A stretch of 64,000 bases of DNA from Actinomycetota bacterium (GTDB taxonomy: Bacteria; Actinomycetota; Actinomycetes; Nanopelagicales; Nanopelagicaceae): positions 12,929-76,928 of the forward strand of contig JAPLAW010000025.1 in the NCBI GenBank assembly GCA_026393075.1. The letters run 5' to 3'. The translations under genes were made by a program, and so were the position numbers. Shown here piece by piece: positions 20,217-27,200 of the stretch. Below the pieces are notes generated by a model, which saw only the letters and a list, made by a program, of their open reading frames with translations, was not told where the DNA came from and made no database searches. Position 1 is the first letter of the stretch, and each line of letters opens with the position of its first letter.

Positions 20217-20713
20217 TATTTAACTTCAATCCCTAGTTCGCGCAGTACTCGGCCAATAACTCCGAAACTAAATCCTTTACGTTGCAACAAACTTTGAATT
20301 CGACGCACTTGAACATCTGGTGCTTGCCGTGACATCGTGTTGTATTTCTTCATGGCAAGCTCAAATGCCATTTGGTATTCAGCTTCATCATCTATTTCAT
20401 CGAGGGCGGCATCGATTGAATTTTGATCGACCCCACGTGTACGAAGTTCGCCAGCAATAATTCGCTTTGACAACTTCTTTGAATTATGACGAGATTGAGT
20501 CCAAGCGCGAGCGAATTCCTCGTCATCTATAAGGCCGGCCTCTTGTAGGCGAAAGATGGTTGCCGCAGCAACTTCATCCTCGATACCGCGCTTTTTAAGG
20601 TGAGCCACGAGCTCGCCCTTACTCTTCGCCCGAGCCACTAACGTATTGAGCGCAATTGTGTAGGCAACAGAGTAAGGGTCGGCCTCGTGATCAACTTTTA
20701 CATAGTCGAGCAT
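20213..20713 (-). CDS. recX: recombination regulator RecX
   Basis: 166 aa helical-repeat protein located 18 nt downstream of recA. Confidence 0.88.
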   Translation of the reverse strand: MLDYVKVDHEADPYSVAYTIALNTLVARAKSKGELVAHLKKRGIEDEVAAATIFRLQEAGLIDDEEFARAWTQSRHNSKKLSKRIIAGELRTRGVDQNSIDAALDEIDDEAEYQMAFELAMKKYNTMSRQAPDVQVRRIQSLLQRKGFSFGVIGRVLRELGIEVKY

Positions 20714-20731
20714 TAGAGAGTTGGTTATCCC

Positions 20732-21817
20732 TTAGAAATCAACGTCGGCAGCAGCTTCATCGATCGCAGCAACTAGCTGTGGATCAACTTCAACTGGCAC
20801 AAAGTGTGCGCGAATCTTGGTTTCAATTTCGTTAGCAAGATCAGGATTATCAAGCAAGAAAGTACGTGCATTTTCTTTACCTTGACCAAGTTGATCTGCT
20901 TCGTAGGTGTACCAAGCGCCGGCTTTCTTAACTACACCAATTTCAACACCCATGTCGATGAGTGAACCTTCGCGTGAGATACCAGTGCCATAAATAATGT
21001 CGAACTCTGCTTGCTTAAATGGTGGCGCCATCTTGTTCTTAACAACCTTAACGCGAGTACGGTTACCGACTGCGTCTTGGCCATCTTTAAGAGTTTCAAT
21101 GCGACGAATATCAAGGCGAACAGATGCGTAGAACTTAAGCGCCTTGCCACCAGTTGTGGTTTCAGGTGAGCCGAAGAAAACACCGATCTTTTCGCGCAAC
21201 TGGTTAATAAAGATTGCAGTTGTCTTTGATTGATGAAGTGCACCAGTAATTTTACGAAGTGCTTGCGACATCAAGCGAGCTTGTAGACCCATATGTGAAT
21301 CGCCCATCTCGCCTTCAATTTCTGCGCGAGGTACCAGGGCGGCAACTGAGTCAACTACAACTAGATCAAGTGCACCTGAACGAATTAACATATCCATGAT
21401 TTCAAGTGCTTGTTCACCAGTATCTGGTTGTGAAACAAGGAGTGCATCAATATCAACGCCAAGCTTCTTGGCATACTCAGAATCAAATGCATGTTCAGCA
21501 TCGATAAAGGCACAGATGCCGCCAGCTTTTTGAGCATTAGCAATTGCGTGCAAAGTGAGAGTTGTTTTACCGGAAGATTCTGGTCCGTAGATTTCTACGA
21601 TACGACCGCGTGGCAAACCACCGATACCAAGTGCGATATCAAGTGCGATAGAACCAGTTGGAATTACTTCGATGACCTGCGCTTGGCGCTCGGACATCTT
21701 CATGACAGCACCTTTGCCAAACTGACGTTCAATCTGAGCGAGGGCGGTGTCGAGCGCTTTTGAGCGATCGCTATTAGCTTTATCGACTGCTTTTTCAGCA
21801 GGAGTTTCTTTAGCCAC
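20732..21817 (-). CDS. recA: recombinase RecA (no intein)
   Basis: 361 aa from GTG 21817. Walker [10 protein letters not shown], the L1/L2 loop regions and an acidic C-terminus are present. Confidence 0.97.
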   Translation of the reverse strand: MAKETPAEKAVDKANSDRSKALDTALAQIERQFGKGAVMKMSERQAQVIEVIPTGSIALDIALGIGGLPRGRIVEIYGPESSGKTTLTLHAIANAQKAGGICAFIDAEHAFDSEYAKKLGVDIDALLVSQPDTGEQALEIMDMLIRSGALDLVVVDSVAALVPRAEIEGEMGDSHMGLQARLMSQALRKITGALHQSKTTAIFINQLREKIGVFFGSPETTTGGKALKFYASVRLDIRRIETLKDGQDAVGNRTRVKVVKNKMAPPFKQAEFDIIYGTGISREGSLIDMGVEIGVVKKAGAWYTYEADQLGQGKENARTFLLDNPDLANEIETKIRAHFVPVEVDPQLVAAIDEAAADVDF

Positions 21818-21957
21818 TTACTTTCCTTTCGGTTAAACGTCGTCTGACGTTGAGGTCTGTCCCAGAAGGTACGGAGACCCACTGACGGCCACAGAAGCCC
21901 TACGGGCCTGCTGTGTGCGGAAAGTGGAACCGCTCTGGCTGTGCAGGGAAATAGTAT

Positions 21958-21973
21958 CCGAACATCTGTTCGA
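21958..21973 (-). promoter_or_regulatory. LexA (SOS) box
   Basis: The minus strand reads TCGAAC-AGAT-GTTCGG. This matches 11 of 12 positions of the actinobacterial consensus TCGAAC-N4-GTTCGA. It lies 141-156 nt upstream of the recA start and is followed by the -10-like TACTAT (21956..21951). Confidence 0.8.
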
Positions 21974-21996
21974 AAGATACTTTAAGGGGCTGACAA
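21974..21996 (-). promoter_or_regulatory. RecA-NDp / PafBC-type DNA-damage promoter motif candidate
   Basis: The minus strand reads TTGTCAgcc-ccttaaag-TATCTT. This has the exact spacing of the mycobacterial motif TTGTCRGTG-N8-TANNNT. It directly abuts the LexA box. Confidence 0.5.
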
Positions 21997-22069
21997 AGGC
22001 GCTCGCGTGTCGCCGTGGTTAAGAGCCTTGCTGACGCTCAAAACGGGGCTAAAGGGTCTTTTAACCTAC

Positions 22070-22912
22070 CTAAGGCGTGACTGTGACGACAAGGGTGAAT
22101 TTCTGACCATTGGGGTTCGTAATTGTGGCGTTGGTCTGACCAACGGCAAGTGGAGTTATGCCGGGGTGAGTCGTATAGCTGCCCTGGTCTCCCCCGGCAA
22201 CGAATTTAGCAATCTTGGAATCAGCAATTATGGCTGTCCAGTTTCCAGGATCAGCAACTGTTAAAACAATTGTGTTTGTAATGCGAACGGAAACTTCTGA
22301 TGTAGTCGCTGGGTCAATCATTACTGGCGGAAGTGCCTGCGTTGAACCTGGAACACCTGCACCATCAGATGAACTTGTAGCTTTTGTAAGCGTCTTCAAA
22401 CCTTTGGCAACTGCAACAAGCTGCTTGTAAGTAACGCCGCCAACTCCTTGAACTTGAATCTGTGTTGGTTTTAAATTTGGCAAAGCTTTTGCCGTAAACA
22501 TTAAGTAACCACCAACTTTTGTAATATCGGCAGTTGTGCATTTCTTAAACGCGGCAGCATTAGATGCGTCGCAGTAAACATGAGTTTGCGCAGTAATTGA
22601 ATTGATTTTTACTGATGGAAGTTTCTTCGATAGGCCAGGGTCAGAACATGGTTTACCAGACATACTTTCGTAAATTTCTATGAACTTCTTACCGCTACCT
22701 AATTTAACTGCGATCCATTGTTCGCGACCCATTCCGCAATCAATTAATTTAAATGAGGTGGTTTTAAATCCAGCTAATTCACTTGGTTTATAAACTGTAT
22801 AATTCAATCCAACTTGAGCATCTTGATACTTATCTCCGGAACCCATTGCATAAGCGTCTGGAATTAAGAGTAATGAAGTAGCTACAAGCAATACAAGCGA
22901 CTTAGTTTTCAT
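22070..22912 (-). CDS. secreted two-domain hypothetical protein (N-terminal 4-Cys domain, Ser/Gly linker, C-terminal Ig-like beta domain)
   Basis: 280 aa. The signal peptide is MKTKSLVLLVATSLLLIPDAYA. It contains four Cys residues, the linker TKATSSSDGAGVPGS, and a Big_2-like tail (...TPLAVGQTNATITNPNGQKFTLVVTVTP). The ATG overlaps the DUF3046 stop by 1 nt. By eye the gene is more AT-rich than its neighbours. Confidence 0.7.
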   Translation of the reverse strand: MKTKSLVLLVATSLLLIPDAYAMGSGDKYQDAQVGLNYTVYKPSELAGFKTTSFKLIDCGMGREQWIAVKLGSGKKFIEIYESMSGKPCSDPGLSKKLPSVKINSITAQTHVYCDASNAAAFKKCTTADITKVGGYLMFTAKALPNLKPTQIQVQGVGGVTYKQLVAVAKGLKTLTKATSSSDGAGVPGSTQALPPVMIDPATTSEVSVRITNTIVLTVADPGNWTAIIADSKIAKFVAGGDQGSYTTHPGITPLAVGQTNATITNPNGQKFTLVVTVTP

Positions 22913-23109
22913 TACTTGAGCTTAGCAGTCTCATTGGGATGCGAGCGACAGAGTGCTTTCCAAATATCGTGTGGCTCAAGCCCATCACGCAACGCCTCAT
23001 CTACTGATCGTGAACCTAGTTCAGAGATAGCTATATCTTTGCTAAACGAAGGAGCCCAATCGACTCCAAAAGAAAGTTCGATTCGCTCGCGTAAATCTGA
23101 GATGCGCAT
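22912..23109 (-). CDS. DUF3046-family protein (Rv2738c-like, recA neighbourhood)
   Basis: 65 aa from ATG 23109: MRISDLRERIELSFGVDWAPSFSKDIAISELGSRSVDEALRDGLEPHDIWKALC. This matches the DUF3046 pattern. The start lies 1 nt after the TetR stop. Confidence 0.7.
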   Translation of the reverse strand: MRISDLRERIELSFGVDWAPSFSKDIAISELGSRSVDEALRDGLEPHDIWKALCRSHPNETAKLK

Positions 23110-23110
23110 C

Positions 23111-23650
23111 TTAAAAAAGCGTGCGCTCAACTAATAACGCAGCCTCATCAGCTGATTGTTGAGGGTTAATCGGTGCCAGCACTTGGGACTTTAACCAAGC
23201 AACGGCCAGTGAAGTGCAGACTTCAAGTTTAGTAACTTCGAGAATTGCAGCATGAAATTCGAGCCAGAGCGGATGTTTGCTATCGGTTAGCGCAAAAGCC
23301 AGCGCAGTTGGATCGCTTAACCGCATCATCGCTAGTGCTTGTGACCCTGATATTTCTAATGAGAGTTCCTCTAGAACTGCAGCCGGGGTTCCAACTGATT
23401 CCATCAAATCTCGTAATCGATTTAATTCACTGGTTAGTAGCGCCAAAACAACTGCACCTTTATCGCGATAATGGTTATATAAAGTTGCGCGTGATACTTG
23501 TGATTCAACTGAAATATCAATCATGGTTGTTGCAGTTAAACCCTTTTGGGCAATCAATAATTTAGTAGTTTCTAAAATTGCTGATTCAGTACGACTATGA
23601 ATTGCGCCCTGCCGTTGATATTTGGGGGCGTTATTAAGCGGCGTCAACAA
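23111..23650 (-). CDS. TetR/AcrR-family transcriptional regulator
   Basis: 179 aa with an N-terminal TetR HTH ([41 protein letters not shown]). The TTG start overlaps the clgR 3' end by 17 nt. Confidence 0.8.
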   Translation of the reverse strand: MLTPLNNAPKYQRQGAIHSRTESAILETTKLLIAQKGLTATTMIDISVESQVSRATLYNHYRDKGAVVLALLTSELNRLRDLMESVGTPAAVLEELSLEISGSQALAMMRLSDPTALAFALTDSKHPLWLEFHAAILEVTKLEVCTSLAVAWLKSQVLAPINPQQSADEAALLVERTLF

Positions 23651-23903
23651 CGGTCAACTTGATTGCTTCGCGTGATGAGATATCGCGAGAAACATCTGAG
23701 ATAACACTCGAAAGAGTTAGGCCAAGTGCGGTGCAGATTGCATTTAGAAGTTCTGACGAAGCTTCTTTTTGACCGCGTTCTACTTCAGATAAATAACCAA
23801 GCGAGACTCGAGCATCGCGAGCAACATCGCGAAGAGTGCGACCTTGCGTTGTGCGAGCAGCACGAAGAGATTGACCAACGCTGGTGCGTAGTAGAACGAC
23901 CAT
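23634..23903 (-). CDS. clgR: XRE-family transcriptional regulator ClgR
   Basis: 89 aa from ATG 23903. The block [43 protein letters not shown] is close to mycobacterial/corynebacterial ClgR as I remember it. The ORF-track N-terminal extension was trimmed because it overlaps cinA. Confidence 0.82.
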   Translation of the reverse strand: MVVLLRTSVGQSLRAARTTQGRTLRDVARDARVSLGYLSEVERGQKEASSELLNAICTALGLTLSSVISDVSRDISSREAIKLTVVDAA

Positions 23904-23925
23904 GTGATGCTCCTTTCGCTCTCGT

Positions 23926-24405
23926 TTACAGTGTCTTAAGGATACGGGCAAATGCCGCAATTGCACCTGCAATTGTTGCGTTTCGAACGATTTCACGCGT
24001 GCCCGATAGTTCTAACTGCAAAGTTTGTGAAATTGGGCCATCAATAGCTACCCATACAGTTCCGGCAGGAACGCCTTCGACTGGGCCAGGCCCTGCTACC
24101 CCAGTGGTTGAAATAGACCAAGTTGAGCCCATTAAATCCTTGATTCCATGAGCCATCGCCGCTGCAACCTCTTCGCTAACTGCGCCGAACTCAGTGATTA
24201 ACTCCTCTGGTATCTGCAGTAGCGCACTTTTAATTTCATTTTGATATGCAGTTACTGAACCACGAAATATTTGCGATGAACCTGGCAGTGAGGTCAAAGC
24301 TTGCGCTAGTCCCCCACCAGTTAGCGATTCGGCAACCGAGATACTCTCACCACGAGAAATCAAGGTTTCTAAAATATCGGTAAGACCGGCAAACTCTTCT
24401 TTCAC
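23926..24405 (-). CDS. cinA: CinA C-terminal domain protein (nicotinamide-nucleotide amidohydrolase PncC-like)
   Basis: 159 aa from GTG 24405, which forms a GTGA overlap with the pgsA stop. Motifs [14 protein letters not shown] and TGVAGPGP are present. Confidence 0.82.
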   Translation of the reverse strand: MKEEFAGLTDILETLISRGESISVAESLTGGGLAQALTSLPGSSQIFRGSVTAYQNEIKSALLQIPEELITEFGAVSEEVAAAMAHGIKDLMGSTWSISTTGVAGPGPVEGVPAGTVWVAIDGPISQTLQLELSGTREIVRNATIAGAIAAFARILKTL

Positions 24406-24935
24406 TTTAGCGCCGATCGCACATAGTAAATTCCGGTGCCAATCGTTAGTGCAATTGCGAAATACATAAAGCCATCGCGGAACCAATAAAGCGATGAGGA
24501 AAGTGGCATGACATAAAAGCCCACGCCAAATCCTTGGAACATGGCTTTTAGTTTTCCACCACGATTAGCTGGAATCACGCCGCGATTAATTACCGCTAAC
24601 CGGAAAAAAGTAATGAATATTTCGCGGGACAAAATCACTATCGTGATCCACCAAGGCATTCGATCTAGAATAGAAAGCGAAATCATGGCTGTTGCAATCA
24701 TGGCCTTATCAGCAACTGGATCTAGGAATTTACCAAGTTCAGTAACCGAATTTTGGCTTCGTGCCAACTTGCCATCTAGAACATCAGTCATGCCAATTAA
24801 AAAGAAAATTACCCAAGCAATCCATTGCCAATTTTGATCATCGCCACCATTTTTAAAGATGGCATAAGCACCAAGCGGCAAGAAAGCAATGCGCGCAATA
24901 GTTAGCGAATTGGGCAGATTTAATTCTTTGGCCAT
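24402..24935 (-). CDS. pgsA: CDP-diacylglycerol--glycerol-3-phosphate 3-phosphatidyltransferase
   Basis: It carries the CDP-alcohol phosphatidyltransferase motif DVLDGKLAR...GKFLDPVADK and is a multi-TM protein. The ATG at 24935 is preferred over the TTG at 24947. Confidence 0.88.
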   Translation of the reverse strand: MAKELNLPNSLTIARIAFLPLGAYAIFKNGGDDQNWQWIAWVIFFLIGMTDVLDGKLARSQNSVTELGKFLDPVADKAMIATAMISLSILDRMPWWITIVILSREIFITFFRLAVINRGVIPANRGGKLKAMFQGFGVGFYVMPLSSSLYWFRDGFMYFAIALTIGTGIYYVRSALK

Positions 24936-24939
24936 GAAA

Positions 24940-26304
24940 TTAACCAATTGCCTCGGCGACTAGATCAGCGCCTAATGAATCTACGACCACGCCCTTAACG
25001 TACTGGCCGACCTTAAAAGAAGTACCGATAAATGAGGTCGTGCCATCTACTTCAGGACCTTGATGATCTGCGCGGCCTTCTTGCAGTTCGGCATCTTCAA
25101 TCAAAACGGTAACTTCTTCGCCGATGCGAGCTGCTGCGCGATCAGATACCCAGTTATCAGCCAGCGAGGAAAGGGTTTCAACGCGTTGTTTGATGACTTC
25201 TTCAGGCAACTTATCTGACAAATTAAGGGCTTCGGTATTGTCCTCATCGCTATACCCGAAGACACCAATGGCATCGAGTTTGGCTTTGCTTAAGAATTCA
25301 ACTAACTCATTGAAATCAGCTTCGGTTTCACCCGGAAATCCCACAATAAAGTTAGAGCGAATGCCCGCAGTTGGTGAGAGTGCGCGAATTTGCGAGATTA
25401 AATGTAAGAACTTTTCGTTATCGCCGAAACGACGCATACGACGTAGCACTGTTGCGCTGCTGTGCTGGAAACTTAAATCAAAGTAATGCGAAACTTTCTC
25501 AGTTGCAATCATGGCCTGCAGTAGCGATGGGCGCATTTCAGCTGGCTGCAGGTAAGACAAGCGAACTCGCTCGACACCTGGAATAGCTACTAACTCTGGC
25601 AAGACTTTTTCCATTAGAGTTAAATCACCCAGATCTTTACCGTATGAAGTCGTGTTCTCGCTAACCAAAAAAAGCTCAGTGGCTCCACTTTCAGCTAACC
25701 AATGGCCCTCGTCGATCACTTCAGTTGGGCGACGTGAAACAAATGCGCCACGGAAATATGGGATCGCGCAGAATGAACAACGACGATCGCAACCAGTTGC
25801 AATCTTTAGCGGTGCCCATGGTGTATCGGTTAAACGTTTACGTGGTGCAATTTCTAAAGTCTCATCGCGCTTGACGGCGCGATCAACTGGTGAAATCGGC
25901 AGCAACGAACGTCGATCACGTGGTGTGTGCGAAGTATGTGAATTGCCGGCCACGATTGATTGCAGACGGGCTGAAATATCTTGATAGTCATCGAAACCTA
26001 GAATTGCATCGGCCTCCGGAAGCGCGGCAGCTAGTTCGGCGCCGTATCGCTCAGCCATGCAACCGACGGCTACTACCGCGCGAGTAACTCCGTGGCCTTT
26101 AAGCGAGTTAGCTTCAAGCAACGCATCAACTGAATCTTTTTTAGCGGATTCAATGAAACCACATGTATTTACGAGGGCAACTTCGGCGGATTCAACATCA
26201 TCGACCAGGGTCCAACCATCGGCTAAAAGGCGGCCAGCAAGTTCTTCGGAGTCGACTTCGTTACGGGTACACCCCAAAGTTACGACTGCTACCGTGCGCT
26301 TCAT
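24940..26304 (-). CDS. rimO: ribosomal protein S12 methylthiotransferase RimO (radical SAM MTTase)
   Basis: 454 aa. It has the N-terminal UPF0004 domain [11 protein letters not shown], the radical-SAM motif [11 protein letters not shown] and a C-terminal TRAM domain. Confidence 0.85.
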   Translation of the reverse strand: MKRTVAVVTLGCTRNEVDSEELAGRLLADGWTLVDDVESAEVALVNTCGFIESAKKDSVDALLEANSLKGHGVTRAVVAVGCMAERYGAELAAALPEADAILGFDDYQDISARLQSIVAGNSHTSHTPRDRRSLLPISPVDRAVKRDETLEIAPRKRLTDTPWAPLKIATGCDRRCSFCAIPYFRGAFVSRRPTEVIDEGHWLAESGATELFLVSENTTSYGKDLGDLTLMEKVLPELVAIPGVERVRLSYLQPAEMRPSLLQAMIATEKVSHYFDLSFQHSSATVLRRMRRFGDNEKFLHLISQIRALSPTAGIRSNFIVGFPGETEADFNELVEFLSKAKLDAIGVFGYSDEDNTEALNLSDKLPEEVIKQRVETLSSLADNWVSDRAAARIGEEVTVLIEDAELQEGRADHQGPEVDGTTSFIGTSFKVGQYVKGVVVDSLGADLVAEAIG

Positions 26305-26327
26305 TGCGCTGATCTTACTTTATTTAG

Positions 26328-27059
26328 CTAGTCAGCGTTGTATGTGAGGTTTACAACCTCTCGATCAGCACCTACCGAGCCAACATCTTTGCCATTTACC
26401 GAGATATCTACGCCACCAGCATTGCCTACTCGCAAATTAACTTGTTTTGCTGCATTAAATGTCTTGCTCGCGCCCTCGCGAACTTGGCCTGAGAATAAAA
26501 CTTCTCCATTTTCATTTGTGGCATAGAGCCAAGTGGTTCCCCTACTTGCAATTAATTCAACTTCGATTCCCCCAGAAATTACTGGCGATGCAGCGGCACT
26601 TGGTGCGGCAGATTCGGAAGCTGAACTAGATGGAGTAGTCGTTGTAGTTACAAGTATTTCGGGTTCATTTGCGTTTTCAGAATCTAAAAAAAAAATTTGA
26701 ACACCCGCGAAGAGAATCAGAACGGCTGCTGATCCTGCCGCGAGAATTTTCCAGGAAATTCGCTTAGGCTCTTGATACGGCATCGTCACATTATTCTCAT
26801 TTAGAAGTTCGCGAATTGGCTTTGCCGGCGCAGTAACTTCGGTTTCAAATAAATCTAAGAAGATTCGTTCATCAATACCGACTTTGGCCGCAATATTTCG
26901 TAGATGTCCGCGGGCATAAGTTTCGCCACCGCATTTTTTAAAATTATCATTTTCCATATCGCGCAAAAGCGTGGCCGGAATGTTTGTTAACTTAGCTAGA
27001 TCCTCAATCGATAGGCGTGCGTCAGTACGTGATTTAGCAATCAACGCACCAAGGGACAT
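26328..27059 (-). CDS. RodZ-like protein (HTH_25 + TM + DUF4115)
   Basis: 243 aa. It has an N-terminal XRE-type HTH, one TM segment, a Thr/Ser/Ala linker and a C-terminal DUF4115-like block (LRVGNAGGVDISVNGKDVG). Confidence 0.75.
   Translation of the reverse strand: MSLGALIAKSRTDARLSIEDLAKLTNIPATLLRDMENDNFKKCGGETYARGHLRNIAAKVGIDERIFLDLFETEVTAPAKPIRELLNENNVTMPYQEPKRISWKILAAGSAAVLILFAGVQIFFLDSENANEPEILVTTTTTPSSSASESAAPSAAASPVISGGIEVELIASRGTTWLYATNENGEVLFSGQVREGASKTFNAAKQVNLRVGNAGGVDISVNGKDVGSVGADREVVNLTYNAD
26686..26695 (-). repeat. A10/T10 homopolymer inside the RodZ-like CDS
   Basis: The forward strand has ten consecutive A (coding strand T10). They encode the FFL of QIFFLD in the TM segment. 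Confidence 0.95.
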
Positions 27060-27075
27060 TTTGAATCCTCTTTAA

Positions 27076-27178
27076 GCTAGCCAATAAGACAAGGAGCGAT
27101 AAGGCTAGCCCCATGTAATGGCAATTGGGTAGCCATGGGGTGAACTTTTCGAGAGATAGCCCTTCTTATCACCCCATG
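27076..27178 (-). promoter_or_regulatory. structured spacer with competing inverted repeats between ftsK and the RodZ-like gene
   Basis: On the minus strand, CATGGGGTGA (27178..27169) pairs perfectly with TCACCCCATG (27143..27134). The latter can alternatively pair with CATGGGG (27115..27109). A hairpin GCTAGCC/GGCTAGC (27109..27076) follows, then SD AGAGGA. Confidence 0.45.
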
Positions 27179-27200
27179 TTAAGGACAAGTCTGGACAGTG

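Noticed and set aside
22070-22912. Secreted-protein gene as a horizontally acquired island
   Set aside because: It looks AT-richer by eye, but there are no flanking direct repeats, tRNA, integrase or IS. Its start is translationally coupled to DUF3046. I kept it as an unexplained lineage-specific gene, not as a mobile element.
23904-23996. N-terminal extensions given by the ORF track (clgR here; similarly leuC 19437-19472, rpsB 63396-63428, cinA 24406-24486, pgsA 24936-24947, DUF3046 23110-23130, AsnC-like 13554-13598, azlD 33562-33657)
   Set aside because: The family N-termini, SD positions and avoidance of long overlaps all point to the downstream starts used in the feature list.
27134-27142. 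Mini-ORF ATG GGG TGA inside the ftsK/RodZ-like spacer repeat
   Set aside because: It is two codons with no SD, a by-product of the inverted-repeat sequence.
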